Shown one piece after another: positions 25,618 through 35,497 of a stretch of DNA of 54,673 bases. The notes beneath the pieces are model-generated. The model was not told where the DNA came from, did not search any database, and saw only the letters and a program-made list of their open reading frames with translations. The stretch is from a virus. Its lineage: Duplodnaviria > Caudoviricetes. The translations under genes and the position numbers were made by a program. The stretch lies in the IMG/VR virus record IMGVR_UViG_3300042860_002166, positions 1 through 54,673 of that record. One strand, written 5' to 3'. Position 1 is the first letter of the stretch. Each line of letters opens with the position of its first letter.

Positions 25618-26916
25618 ATGGCAACAGTATTTTGGAAAGGCGCGGTAGCCGCTACGAATCAGGCCACAAGCTGGGCCTTTGCGGGTACTTGGGAATCATC
25701 CGATGTGATCACGGTCACTATCGGATCGAAGACTATCTCAACCACGGCGGGAAGCGCGACAACTGCAACGGTCGTAAGCAATCTGGTGACAACTCTACAA
25801 GCGGTAGATGAGCCTGAGTTCTACGCGATTGCTTGGAGCGCAAGCACCACAACGCTGACAGCCACGGCTAACATCGCGGGCGCTCCGTTTACCTGCACGA
25901 TTGCCACGACGGAAACGGGCGGAGGTGCTGCGGATGCTCAGACTATCAACGGAACCACAAGCTCAACCGGCACGGCGGTAACGACCTGCACCGGCCCGAA
26001 CTTCGCGAACCTTGCTGGTAACTGGGTTGGTAACTCGCTCCCGGTCGATGGGGATACGGTCGTTTTCAGTAACTCGGACGTATCAGTCCTCTACGGTCTG
26101 GACCTCAACGGGGTCACGCCAGCAGCTATCTACATCGACTCCAGCTACACCGGAGAGATAGGATTACCTGCATATAACTCGCTCGCGGGCGGGGTGTACT
26201 ACGAGTACCGGGATCGCTATCTGAAATTCTGCAACTCAGGCGATGCCGCGACCACTGAGGTTTACATTGGGCAAGGCAACGGATCGGGCAGCGGAAGAAT
26301 CCAACTGGACTGCGGTACGGGCCGGGTAAATGTCTACGTCTACAGGACTGGACTCAGCAGTGACTCGAACCAAGGGGCGTTTAAGTTCCGGGGTAGTCAT
26401 GCCTCGAATACTCTCACAGTTCAGCGCGGTTCGGTGTACGTTGGAACGGACAGCGGAACGAATCCGGTAGTAGCTACTTTGAAGGTCGGCTACGTCTCAA
26501 ATCCCGATGGAGATTCGGCGGTCGAGACGGATGTGGGTGTGACGCTTACGACGGTCGAGGTGTCGGGCGGTGTGCTTACAAGCCGTAGCGCGCTTACCAC
26601 GCTCACTCAGACGGGCGGGACGGTGAACCATTACGCGGGCGCTGTGACCACGGCGACGGTCGAGCAGGGAACTCTAAACTATCTCTCGACGGGAACGATT
26701 ACGAATCTCAAGGTAGGCGGTGGCGCGGTGTTTGACTGCCGGGGCTCGATGAGCGCGAGAACGATTACCAATCTGGAGCTACACGCGGGCTCAGAGTTTC
26801 ACGACCCAGCCGGTACGGTCACGGCTACTAACGGCTATGACTTCTACCGCTGCTCGGTTGCGGAGACGGTGTTTGATGTAGTACCTCACAGAACTTGGAC
26901 GCCAACTAGCATCTAA
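25618..26916 (+). CDS. Thr/Gly-rich tail structural protein
   Basis: Beta-rich repetitive strands in the tail module. Confidence 0.6.
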   Translation: MATVFWKGAVAATNQATSWAFAGTWESSDVITVTIGSKTISTTAGSATTATVVSNLVTTLQAVDEPEFYAIAWSASTTTLTATANIAGAPFTCTIATTETGGGAADAQTINGTTSSTGTAVTTCTGPNFANLAGNWVGNSLPVDGDTVVFSNSDVSVLYGLDLNGVTPAAIYIDSSYTGEIGLPAYNSLAGGVYYEYRDRYLKFCNSGDAATTEVYIGQGNGSGSGRIQLDCGTGRVNVYVYRTGLSSDSNQGAFKFRGSHASNTLTVQRGSVYVGTDSGTNPVVATLKVGYVSNPDGDSAVETDVGVTLTTVEVSGGVLTSRSALTTLTQTGGTVNHYAGAVTTATVEQGTLNYLSTGTITNLKVGGGAVFDCRGSMSARTITNLELHAGSEFHDPAGTVTATNGYDFYRCSVAETVFDVVPHRTWTPTSI

Positions 26917-28760
26917 TGAACAGGGCGCAGGCAGTCATAACCGGAGTGAACCAAGTCATCTCCTTTCGGGGTACGCTCAACCACGGTATCCAGCCTTCTA
27001 CGTTTGTGGTTGAGATTATTCCGCAAGTGATAAATGAGTCGAATGTAACGATAGCCGTGAAGTACCCCGATCCGGCCACAGCCTTTGAACTCAAAGAATG
27101 TATAATTGATTCCAGTTCCTACTCATCGACTCGCTCGGGTTTAATCTCCACACTCTACATCAAAGATTTTCGGTGGAAGTGGGCTTACAAGCGCATTACC
27201 TTGCTGGCGAATATCCGCAAGGGTAACGGCGAGATAATCATCGACGAGAATTACGTGTATCACCAACGCAAGATGAGCGTAAGAAATATTCTCGATCAAA
27301 TAGAGGTAGCCCTCGGCGTTAGAATTATTCTCTCCGCTACGCTCCCGGTTGACTATTACCCCGAGATTATTTGGGACAACTACCCCGCAGCCACAGCGCT
27401 GAGCGACCTACTCAGCCCGTTGGCTGTTCGGATTGTGCCGAGTTATGAGCCGAATGTTATTTCAATCCACAATGCCGGAAAAGGTTCACCTCTTCCGACA
27501 GATGACCTCGAATCCTACGGCACAGACACGAACCCCAAGGAGAAGCCGAGGCAGATTCGGATTGTCTCCGCGCCGGTAATCAAGACGGTTGATGTTGGCC
27601 TTTACCCGGTAGTGAAAACGTCAAACAGATTCGAGCCAGCCGATATGAGCCAGTACCGCCCGAGCTTTGGTCGCTGGGGCGCTGCTGTGGATGTTTCAGA
27701 CGAGATAGCTTCCTATCCAAACAAAACAGGCCGGGACTTGACAACTCAAGAGTGCGAGTTTGTTGAGCAGTCTGTTTTTAAGTGGTATAGGATCTTGCCC
27801 TACCCTAGTCCCGCTACCGAGGAAACTGACGGATCTCTTGGGTGGATTACGACGTCCTCCGTAGAGGGCTATAAAAATTACATACAAACCAACTACGATA
27901 TTCTTCGTGGACTACAGAATTTTATCTGCGAGCGATCAACCAGAACAACGATAGAGCAAAACGGTGAGGTAACTTACGTCCTGTCTGCTCGCCCTCCGTT
28001 TGTCTACGGTGCTTTTCAGCATGAGCAGGAAACTGACGTAGACGCGCAAGCCCACCTAACAGCATCGGGCAACTCCTGCGACTCGTTCAAAGACATTGAC
28101 GAAAAGACTAAGACATGGTTGTCGTATATTGAGCCTGACACAAACGAGGACAATAAAACTTGGAATGATAGATACCGAAGGTTTATCGTCCCTGTTCCGT
28201 TCTCAATCGACTTCGATGCCGGTCTGGTTCAGTTCTCGCGGAAGGTGTTCCTAGAGCGAGACGGTGAGCCATACTTCCCGGAGCTTTGCCTCCGTATCGC
28301 GGTTAAAACAATCAATGATAAAGGCACGTTTAACCGGCTTGAGCATGTAATCCAAGTGGACCCCAACAGTCCCGCAGAGGAGATTTACATCGAGCTTAAT
28401 GACGTTGTACCGATGTGGGAGTACGGGGACGGGTTCAAGAACCGTGATAACTACATGAAGCAGCTTAGCGACTACGGCAGTCAGATACTCGCGTCTCTAT
28501 TGCTCCCAGATGAAGCCGGGACGGCAACCTATGCCGGGGTGAAGAAGATATACCTCGACGGCTCCATTCAGAGCGTTAGTTGGTCGATTGGTCAAGGCGG
28601 GGCGCGGACCTCCGCTACGTGGAACCACGACACCGGGACAGACACAACGGTCAGTTTCCTAGCCCGCCAGCAAGCGATTGAGATGGGCAAGAGCATGAGG
28701 GACTCAGACCTACAGCGGAACGCAACCCGCCGAAAGGATATCGGACTGCCGCCGTTATGA
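26916..28760 (+). CDS. tail tip/baseplate hub-like protein
   Basis: 614 aa, tail module position, C-terminal IQSVSWSIG..GART. Confidence 0.55.
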   Translation: MNRAQAVITGVNQVISFRGTLNHGIQPSTFVVEIIPQVINESNVTIAVKYPDPATAFELKECIIDSSSYSSTRSGLISTLYIKDFRWKWAYKRITLLANIRKGNGEIIIDENYVYHQRKMSVRNILDQIEVALGVRIILSATLPVDYYPEIIWDNYPAATALSDLLSPLAVRIVPSYEPNVISIHNAGKGSPLPTDDLESYGTDTNPKEKPRQIRIVSAPVIKTVDVGLYPVVKTSNRFEPADMSQYRPSFGRWGAAVDVSDEIASYPNKTGRDLTTQECEFVEQSVFKWYRILPYPSPATEETDGSLGWITTSSVEGYKNYIQTNYDILRGLQNFICERSTRTTIEQNGEVTYVLSARPPFVYGAFQHEQETDVDAQAHLTASGNSCDSFKDIDEKTKTWLSYIEPDTNEDNKTWNDRYRRFIVPVPFSIDFDAGLVQFSRKVFLERDGEPYFPELCLRIAVKTINDKGTFNRLEHVIQVDPNSPAEEIYIELNDVVPMWEYGDGFKNRDNYMKQLSDYGSQILASLLLPDEAGTATYAGVKKIYLDGSIQSVSWSIGQGGARTSATWNHDTGTDTTVSFLARQQAIEMGKSMRDSDLQRNATRRKDIGLPPL

Positions 28761-29311
28761 GCAAAAGCATCTACGATAACTATTTCTGGATACCATTTCG
28801 GAACGATTCCGGCGAGACGATCCCGGCTTATAGTTCCCTCAAGATTACAGGTGTGGTCTCTGGCGGTGCGCGGATTACGCTGACCTGCGACAAGCCAGAC
28901 AATAGTACGTGTACCTACGCCGCTAGTGGTCCGTTCGCGGTTCCTGTTGATGGGTACGGTAGCGCCTGTGTGTCGTCGCATCGAATCGTAAAAGTATCTG
29001 CGTCAGTATCTACCGGAGATGAGATTGGGCCGGTTGGTGGATCTTGGGAATCGGGCGATGGCGGAAACGGGATGATGGTTTACGGCATGATCGACGCTAC
29101 AAAAAATTTAGCGCTCGTAAGCCTATTGCCAAAGGCGGAGACCTGCGGGCAGGACTCCAGTAGTTCTTACGGCTCAAGCTATTGCGTCTCTATACCGGGC
29201 GTTGACTTAGACGCTATCGAGCTTGTTGACGCGGTGGATGCTGATTACGTGCTGGCGATTCGTAACGGGTGCTTGGTCAAGGTCGCTTTAACTGAGTGCG
29301 GCTCTGGATAG
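28757..29311 (+). CDS. putative tail tip protein
   Basis: FRNDSGETIPAY motif; coupled start. Confidence 0.55.
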   Translation: MSKSIYDNYFWIPFRNDSGETIPAYSSLKITGVVSGGARITLTCDKPDNSTCTYAASGPFAVPVDGYGSACVSSHRIVKVSASVSTGDEIGPVGGSWESGDGGNGMMVYGMIDATKNLALVSLLPKAETCGQDSSSSYGSSYCVSIPGVDLDAIELVDAVDADYVLAIRNGCLVKVALTECGSG

Positions 29312-29316
29312 GTGAA

Positions 29317-29778
29317 ATGGCATCGCTTTGGATAAAGTTTGGCGGTTTGCTTCACAACGGATCAAGCCTTTACGCCTGTGAGGCCTGCCCTTGTCCAGAC
29401 GGCAGTAGCTTTGGCAGTAGTAGCGGGAGCGGTAGTGGTAGCGGTAGCGGCTCGGTCGGTTCATCTGACGGTTGCACCAGTAGCACTTGTGTAGAGGTTC
29501 CATGCTGTCCCGGCGTTCAGATACCAACTGTGCTGACAGTGGTTGTAACCGGAGGAAGTTGTGCCGGAACCTATTCTATGGTTTGGGATGGTCGCGGCTG
29601 GGTCAGTGGCGACTTCCCTTACCTAATGGAAATGACTTGCGAAACCTTTGGCTGGTATTTTCAGGTCGCAGCAAGTGCAGAATCGCCCACCAGCGAGGTT
29701 TGTAGTCCGTTCCAGCTTGAGTTTAGTTTCATCAGCGATGCTTTGTGTGGCACGTTTACCGCAACAGTCACAGGCTAA
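29317..29778 (+). CDS. Cys-rich protein with Ser-Gly linker (putative tail fibre component)
   Basis: CEACPCP, SG low-complexity run, CC, CSPFQL. Confidence 0.6.
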   Translation: MASLWIKFGGLLHNGSSLYACEACPCPDGSSFGSSSGSGSGSGSGSVGSSDGCTSSTCVEVPCCPGVQIPTVLTVVVTGGSCAGTYSMVWDGRGWVSGDFPYLMEMTCETFGWYFQVAASAESPTSEVCSPFQLEFSFISDALCGTFTATVTG

Positions 29779-29780
29779 AA

Positions 29781-31388
29781 ATGAAAGTCGCCTTCGTTTG
29801 GCCGTTCTGGCAGCGGCCCGCAAAATATGATGAACTCCGCTGGTCAGTTCGCAGCGTCTATCAGAACTTCGTCGAGCCGGGATGCGAAATACAAACGGTT
29901 ATCGTTGGCGATCAGCCAGTGGTCCGAAAGCATACGTCTAGTTGGTATGGCGGCAGAATAATAAGCGTACCGCGTACTGTTTCGGGTGGCGGAGGTGCAG
30001 GGCTAGAGGACCAATGCCGCAAATGGATGATGGCCCTTGAAGACGAGAGCTTGCCGGATACGCTCGTTTGGATGATGGACGATGTTTACTTAATCAAGCC
30101 TGTTACGCTTGAAGACTTGAGATTGCCTCGATCAATGGGGCTCTGGACTCGGGAGCGGCTGGATAACTGGAGCCCGAGTAGTTGGTGGCTACTGGCAAAA
30201 AAAAGAACCTTGCTAGAGTTAAGTAGTCGCGGCCTGCCGATGTTTGACTTTGCAACTCACTTGCCTCATGTTGTGAATCGGCGCCGCTGCTTAGAAATAC
30301 TGCGAGACTACAAGCTGCCGGAGTCTCGGATGCTATGGGAGGTCGTTTACGAGAACGCAAACCTTGCTGAATCTCCACAGCCAGCGACTCCGTTTCTAAG
30401 GATTATTTCCCAAAAGAAATGCCTCAAGGGAACCTATGGAGCAACTGAAAAGGCAAGTGTCCTTGTAAGTGCCGGTGATTCTTGGAATGAAGCTCATAGA
30501 GCTTACCTTTACCAGACTTTCCCTAATCAATCTCCTGTTGAGCTTGATAGCCCGATTCCTCCAAAGATTCAGCCTTCAGAGCCGAGGCAACCTGAGGCGC
30601 CGGTAATTCACTCCAGCAGGCCGAAGGTTACTTGCGTGATGAACGCTTGGGGGCGACCCAATGCTTTCCCTTGCCAATTCAACGCAATCAAGAGCCAGAG
30701 CGTAGAGAATGAGGTTCTCGTATGGCAGAACGCACACCAAGAAACCAAGAAAAACTGGAATCGCGATTGGTTCGATGAAGCACAACTAACTCACGGCGCT
30801 TGCAATAAGAACCTCGGCGTATGGGCTCGGTTCGCTTTCGCGCTGAACGCCCGAACTGAGTTTGTTTGTGTATTCGATGATGACATAGTACCGGGAAAGG
30901 ATTGGCTGGCTAACTGCTTCGATACGTTTGCCAAGTATCCCGGACTGCTTGGCGGTAATGGGGTAATCTTCCACAGCCTTACAAACTACAACGCAAGAGA
31001 CAATTACGGCTGGGCTTTCCCAAACCGATATGCAACTCAGGTGGATATCGTGGGCCATGCTTGGTTTATGCGGCGAGAGTGGCTTGGTCTTTATTGGTCG
31101 GAGCTTCCAGACTTATCTCAGCCAGTCATAGCCGGAGAGGATTTTCACGCTTCTTACATGCTACAGAAACACGGGATAAACACTTTTGTCCCGCAACACA
31201 GGAAGCACACCCCGAACCGCTGGAGTTGCAAGAGTCAAAAGCAAGGGAAAACATTTGGGCGGATGAGCGTTGCGCTGAGCAAACACGCTGAGCATAGCTC
31301 GGCAATTCGAGACGGGCTCTCTCTTTACGTCTCTAAAGGGTTCCGTCTCTTAGAACACGACAAGCTAACAAAAAAGCCCGGCGATTAA
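29781..31388 (+). CDS. two-domain glycosyltransferase-like protein
   Basis: N-domain ELRWSVRSV...MMDDVY (Stealth/GT-like). C-domain GT-A/GT2-like with VFDDDIVPG and GED. Confidence 0.75.
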   Translation: MKVAFVWPFWQRPAKYDELRWSVRSVYQNFVEPGCEIQTVIVGDQPVVRKHTSSWYGGRIISVPRTVSGGGGAGLEDQCRKWMMALEDESLPDTLVWMMDDVYLIKPVTLEDLRLPRSMGLWTRERLDNWSPSSWWLLAKKRTLLELSSRGLPMFDFATHLPHVVNRRRCLEILRDYKLPESRMLWEVVYENANLAESPQPATPFLRIISQKKCLKGTYGATEKASVLVSAGDSWNEAHRAYLYQTFPNQSPVELDSPIPPKIQPSEPRQPEAPVIHSSRPKVTCVMNAWGRPNAFPCQFNAIKSQSVENEVLVWQNAHQETKKNWNRDWFDEAQLTHGACNKNLGVWARFAFALNARTEFVCVFDDDIVPGKDWLANCFDTFAKYPGLLGGNGVIFHSLTNYNARDNYGWAFPNRYATQVDIVGHAWFMRREWLGLYWSELPDLSQPVIAGEDFHASYMLQKHGINTFVPQHRKHTPNRWSCKSQKQGKTFGRMSVALSKHAEHSSAIRDGLSLYVSKGFRLLEHDKLTKKPGD

Positions 31389-31395
31389 CCGGGCT
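31370..31395 (-). terminator. intrinsic terminator at the convergence of the late and early arms
   Basis: agcccgg-N7-ccgggct with an A-tract on the plus strand (U-tract on minus). Confidence 0.7.
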
Positions 31396-31409
31396 GGGAG
31401 GCGGGACTG

Positions 31410-31748
31410 TTAAAGGCCCATTTGGTTTTCAAGCTGAGCCTTTCGCTGGAGTAGCTTGCTTTTCTTTTCGTCGAAATCCTTTAGCCATTTGCTGGTTTCG
31501 GTGTAAACCCGAATCATATCCTTGTCCCTCTTGGAGGCTTTCTCTAGCGTACCAGCATCCATTAGTTTACGGCCTTCATCGGAAATCATTTCGCTGGCTC
31601 GCGATCTCAAGTCAACAGTCTCCTCGATTTCCGCTTGTGTTGATTCAATAGCCTTGAGAACCGATGAGTACGCAACTTCTGGCGATGCCTCTTGAGCAGA
31701 GCAACCAGACAGAGCAAGGACAAGCACAATCAAAATTGCCATTCTCAT
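31410..31748 (-). CDS. lipoprotein
   Basis: Signal peptide with lipobox LSGC. Confidence 0.75.
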   Translation of the reverse strand: MRMAILIVLVLALSGCSAQEASPEVAYSSVLKAIESTQAEIEETVDLRSRASEMISDEGRKLMDAGTLEKASKRDKDMIRVYTETSKWLKDFDEKKSKLLQRKAQLENQMGL

Positions 31749-32380
31749 ACCAACACACCTCCCGCGCCCGCTAAGGCGACCACTTGATTCTCTAGTTCCT
31801 GATACCGAGCGTGGAACAATTCCAGCGCCTCACGTAGTTTCTCAGTGTATTCGTCTGGCTCGACCCGAACAACCAGCTCGGGAAGTCCCGGACAATAGCT
31901 CACGAAGTCCCACCACTGGCGCCCGGTAATGATTAACGAGCCGTGAACCTGAGGCTTGTAGGTGTCCGGTAGCGTACCAGATAGTAGCCACTCGACCTGA
32001 GTATGAGGGAGCGGGCATTTGATTTCTATCCCGCCATCCTCGCCAACGATGCCATCCGGCGAGCAGCCGAACCGCTCGCAGTCCGAGAGAGCAAAGCCCA
32101 CCTCATTAACCTCAACACCGTGAACCAGCGAGTACCAGCTTCTAGCGTTAGCCTCAAGGCTAGTACCGCGTTCCATCGCAGCCGTTGCCGGGTTCATGGT
32201 AGTAAGCGGGTACTCGGTTGAGAGCTTCTCGCCAATCAGCTTGTACACGTAGCCATCGGCAGACTTCGAGAGTTTGCCGGTAGCCGGAGTGAGTATATTG
32301 GAAAACTCGCTCGCAGTTGGTACACCTCGACGAACAGCCCACCACTCAGGGCTATACTGGGCAAAGTCAAACAGTTTCAT
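31745..32380 (-). CDS. YqaJ / lambda-exonuclease family recombination nuclease
   Basis: Q.SPEWW..RRG.PTASE, AMERG..LE, GCSPDG, IEIKCP, QV.GSL..TGRQWWDFVSY. Confidence 0.92.
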   Translation of the reverse strand: MKLFDFAQYSPEWWAVRRGVPTASEFSNILTPATGKLSKSADGYVYKLIGEKLSTEYPLTTMNPATAAMERGTSLEANARSWYSLVHGVEVNEVGFALSDCERFGCSPDGIVGEDGGIEIKCPLPHTQVEWLLSGTLPDTYKPQVHGSLIITGRQWWDFVSYCPGLPELVVRVEPDEYTEKLREALELFHARYQELENQVVALAGAGGVLV

Positions 32381-32457
32381 AAGATACCTCCGTTCCCGCT
32401 CGGTAAAAATCCCGCCGAGACGCGAAAATAATCCCGCGCGGGAAAACGTCCTATAGC

Positions 32458-32691
32458 CTATACGTACTGCGCAGCAACTTCGGCGCATATGCTTTGAATC
32501 TTTGGAGTCTCGGCAGGCTCGCGGACGCGAACCCAATACTGGACCATCCCCCACCGTTTTTCTTGATAGGGGTAGGTCCAGTCCAAGCCCGACCACTCAG
32601 CCAGCATCGCTACCGATTCATTTCCAGTACAAACCCAGTACCAGCCGCGCTTATCTGGGTAGCCGGTATTCCAGCCCTTAAACTGTTCCAC
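32458..32691 (-). CDS. hypothetical Trp-rich protein
   Basis: GGAG SD; WNTGYP.KRGWYWV. Confidence 0.6.
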   Translation of the reverse strand: MEQFKGWNTGYPDKRGWYWVCTGNESVAMLAEWSGLDWTYPYQEKRWGMVQYWVRVREPAETPKIQSICAEVAAQYV

Positions 32692-32737
32692 TGCGATTCT
32701 CCATTTGTAAAAGATAGAACGTCATCGACGAAGCTCC

Positions 32738-33139
32738 CTAGAAAGGCATCTCGTGAGCGTTTGTCTGCCGTGATTGTGGAGTGACGCGGACAGTTGCCGC
32801 GCCTTGCTGCTTTGGCGCGCCGAGTCCTTGCAGGCGCTCAGCCACAACCTTGAGCTTGCTCCGCTTCTGCCCGTCCTGCTCCCACGAGTCGAGCTTCAGC
32901 CGCCCCTCGACGCTCACAGACGAGCCCTTAGAGAGATACTCGGAGGCATACTCAGCGGTCTTCCCCCAAACAGTCACATCGACGAAACACGGCTCCTCCA
33001 CCCATTCATCTCCCTTCTTTACCCGGTGATTGACGGCAAGGCCAATCTCCGCGACTGAGGTTCCGTTACCAATCTGGCGAATCTCCACATCGCGGGTCAG
33101 ATTGCCGATCAAAGTTACCTGATTCAAACTAGCCATCAC
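32738..33139 (-). CDS. ssb: single-stranded DNA-binding protein
   Basis: LNQVTLIGNLTRD, VEGRL...W, C-terminal PF. Confidence 0.95.
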   Translation of the reverse strand: MMASLNQVTLIGNLTRDVEIRQIGNGTSVAEIGLAVNHRVKKGDEWVEEPCFVDVTVWGKTAEYASEYLSKGSSVSVEGRLKLDSWEQDGQKRSKLKVVAERLQGLGAPKQQGAATVRVTPQSRQTNAHEMPF

Positions 33140-33148
33140 TCACCTCAC

Positions 33149-33895
33149 TTACTTAGAAACTTCCACTTTGACAGATTCGAGCTTGCGATTCAGAAGCCGG
33201 ATAGCCTCGTCAAATCGCTGGGCCGGGAGACGCTCCAGACCTTGGATCTTGAACACGCTTAGAAACTTATCGAAGTCCACCGGATTGCCTGCCTCGCGGC
33301 ACTTGTCCAAGAGGATGTTGATTTGCTGGATTTGGTCCGCGCCGATATGGGCCGGTCGCCAGTTCCCATCGTTGTCCTCGTCTGCGATGGCGCAGTTAAA
33401 GATCATGCGAATGAGATACCGCTGGCCGTAGGTATACGTTGAACCTGTGGCCTGTGTCGCGTTCATCGAGGACTTGCCGCCCCGCGCCCCAGCACCGTCT
33501 AGCGGGATATCTGCCCGCGATACCTCAACGTGGCCTTCGCGGTGCATGACATGGCAGACGATTCGGATATGCTCAGGAATCGGACAATCCTCAATACCGA
33601 ACGAGAGCGAGAATCCGAACCGGGTGTAAACCGGTTTCATTGCTTGGATAAGATCCTCCAGCCGCGCAAACTTGCTCCGCGTATGCGGGTTGTCCGCGCT
33701 CTTGATTACCGTAGGCATCTCAGCCTGAGTTAAGCACATGTCCCGGTTATAAGCCTCGCGCCTACGCTCGCGGGTCCACCGCTCTTGCAGGTCAAGTAGC
33801 TGCCCGAGTTGCTCAGGTGCTACCCCGTTATTCAATGCCCGGTCAATGATTGCCAGCGGGCTGCTGGCTACTTCTGCTCTTACTACGTCATTCAT
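33149..33895 (-). CDS. erf: ERF-family single-strand annealing protein
   Basis: NPHTRSKFARLEDL...Q.TGSTYTYGQRY...DNDGN. Lies next to ssb and the exonuclease. Confidence 0.88.
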   Translation of the reverse strand: MNDVVRAEVASSPLAIIDRALNNGVAPEQLGQLLDLQERWTRERRREAYNRDMCLTQAEMPTVIKSADNPHTRSKFARLEDLIQAMKPVYTRFGFSLSFGIEDCPIPEHIRIVCHVMHREGHVEVSRADIPLDGAGARGGKSSMNATQATGSTYTYGQRYLIRMIFNCAIADEDNDGNWRPAHIGADQIQQINILLDKCREAGNPVDFDKFLSVFKIQGLERLPAQRFDEAIRLLNRKLESVKVEVSK

Positions 33896-34092
33896 ACGCT
33901 CACACCTCCAAAGTATTTCGAGTCGTTCAAGTGAACCCAGACAGCGCGGGGCCGATCTGGGTCGCCGTGACTAATCTCCGCAGCGCCGCCAACCGCGACG
34001 GCGCTAATCCAAAACTCCCGCCCGCTTGTGTCAATGAACCGCTTGCCGCTAATCATCGCCTTGCAGGCTTCCTTTATCGTCATTACGCTCAC
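33892..34092 (-). CDS. hypothetical protein
   Basis: AAGGAG SD; ATGA overlap with erf. Confidence 0.6.
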   Translation of the reverse strand: MSVMTIKEACKAMISGKRFIDTSGREFWISAVAVGGAAEISHGDPDRPRAVWVHLNDSKYFGGVSV

Positions 34093-34111
34093 TCCTTGTA
34101 GTACGCGATAT

Positions 34112-34139
34112 ATCCTATACCTGTTTCGGTAAAAATCAA
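34112..34139 (-). promoter_or_regulatory. putative sigma70 promoter (TTGATT-N16-TAGGAT)
   Basis: Read on the minus strand upstream of 33892..34092. Confidence 0.45.
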
Positions 34140-34154
34140 GAAACCAAGAAAAAA

Positions 34155-34355
34155 CTAACCAGCATTAGGGCCAGCAGGACCACGATCCTGACCGTCCTCA
34201 GCTTTCGCTCGTACATCATCAATCCTCCTGATTCGGGTTTCCTTTGGCGCTTCGATTCCGATTCTCGTCCTACCCCTTGAGGACTTGAGAACCGTAATCA
34301 CAATGCCGCCGTCGATTTCGATTGATTCGCCCGTCATCCTTGACAAAACTAACAT
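34155..34355 (-). CDS. csrA: carbon storage regulator CsrA/RsmA homologue
   Basis: MLVLSR..GESI.I...I.ITVL......RIGIEAP....I.R. Confidence 0.92.
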   Translation of the reverse strand: MLVLSRMTGESIEIDGGIVITVLKSSRGRTRIGIEAPKETRIRRIDDVRAKAEDGQDRGPAGPNAG

Positions 34356-34367
34356 CTCAGCACTCCT

Positions 34368-34463
34368 TTAACTCGCTGGCGATAAGACGAGACCAGCAAG
34401 AACTAAACCAACTGCTACACACACAACAAGCACAACCGCAATCGCCTCCTCGGTCAGCTTCAC
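34368..34463 (-). CDS. small single-TM peptide
   Basis: GTG start, IAVVLVVCVAVGLVLAGLVL. Confidence 0.45.
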   Translation of the reverse strand: MKLTEEAIAVVLVVCVAVGLVLAGLVLSPAS

Positions 34464-34663
34464 TTCGCCACCCTTGCAGGTGCGCGGAACCTGACGCAAT
34501 CTAGCGAGTGGCAAACTCCCACGTAAACCCAGCGGGCAAAGAAAGCACTGAAGATATAGCGATGACCGCGACCGTCTTGGAAGATATCCCCAGCCTCGGG
34601 AGGGCTGCTTGTCCAAATCAGCCCTCCATCGTTCGGGCCATCGAAACATGGAAACTCTCTCAC
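34460..34663 (-). CDS. hypothetical protein
   Basis: AAGGAG SD with GTG start. Confidence 0.5.
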   Translation of the reverse strand: MREFPCFDGPNDGGLIWTSSPPEAGDIFQDGRGHRYIFSAFFARWVYVGVCHSLDCVRFRAPARVAK

Positions 34664-34800
34664 GACTCAACTCCTTTACTCAGTAGTGGAAATCCGTATA
34701 CTAGACACACGACCGGACACCTTTGGACCGGCTCGGAAACTCTCGGGAAAAATTCCGGGAGCTTCCGGGCAGGCCCGATATCCTATAGCTCGCCCGTCGA

Positions 34801-35154
34801 TTACAAAAACCCGCCCTGAGTCAATGCGGACTCGTCTCCACGATTATCGAGCGTCTCGTATTGGCGGTCTACCAAGTCTCGGTCGATTGCCCCGTAAGTT
34901 CCGGTAGCCTTCTCCAGCACGTAGGCTACGGAGCCGGTGTACTCGAATGAAGCAAACACCTTACGGGCTTCCTCTAGGGTATCGTGGTAATCGGTCTCCA
35001 GCACATCGCCAGACTCGGCTACCGCGCTAACCACGTACTCCACTTTACAAAACGTCTTGTCGCAGGCTTCAGAGTGTTGCTCATTGCTCAGCGACCGAAC
35101 CCAAGCGATATGCTCGTCCTCAGTCATGCTTGCGATATTCTTCGGTAGTCTCAT
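34801..35154 (-). CDS. hypothetical protein
   Basis: AGGAG SD; downstream of the repeated element. Confidence 0.7.
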   Translation of the reverse strand: MRLPKNIASMTEDEHIAWVRSLSNEQHSEACDKTFCKVEYVVSAVAESGDVLETDYHDTLEEARKVFASFEYTGSVAYVLEKATGTYGAIDRDLVDRQYETLDNRGDESALTQGGFL

Positions 35155-35188
35155 TTACGCTCTCCTGATTAGTCTAAGTTACTCTAAG

Positions 35189-35221
35189 GTATTCGCAGTA
35201 CGCAATAGGATATCGGAAGTA
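35189..35221. repeat. dispersed repeat GTATTCGC-N5-GCAATAGGATATCGGAAGTA, copy 2
   Basis: Matches 13254-13286. Confidence 0.9.
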
Positions 35222-35299
35222 TTCCCGAAAAACTATTGAGATATTCCCGGTAGCCGCTACAATTCCGCCGTAAGTCCCCGAATACCAAGGAGTTAGGAA

Positions 35300-35497
35300 A
35301 TGTCGAAAAATCTCAAAAAGTCCCGGCAGATTGAGAAATCTGGGCCGGAATCCCGTACAAAGTACCTCCGGGTTAGGTTCTCGGAGCGGGAATTGTCCCA
35401 GATCAAAAAATCCGCCAAGCAGAGCGGAAAGCCCTACATGGCGGATTGGGTGAGAGAACGTCTTGGACTTGAACCAACCGGCTACGGCCAGAGTTAG
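35300..35497 (+). CDS. ribbon-helix-helix DNA-binding protein
   Basis: RTKYLRVRFSERELSQIKKSAKQSG..MADWVRERL; AAGGAG SD. Confidence 0.75.
   Translation: MSKNLKKSRQIEKSGPESRTKYLRVRFSERELSQIKKSAKQSGKPYMADWVRERLGLEPTGYGQS

Noticed and set aside
29401-29460. GGTAGC-like microsatellite as a contingency locus
   Set aside because: Degenerate codons encoding a Ser-Gly linker, not a perfect slippage tract.
31745-32596. Long N-terminal extension of the exonuclease as in the ORF track
   Set aside because: A GGAGG SD precedes ATG 32380, and the extension overlaps another gene.
34731-34768. Imperfect inverted repeat (cggaaactctcggga/ttccgggagcttccg)
   Set aside because: No U-tract or other support; function cannot be assigned.
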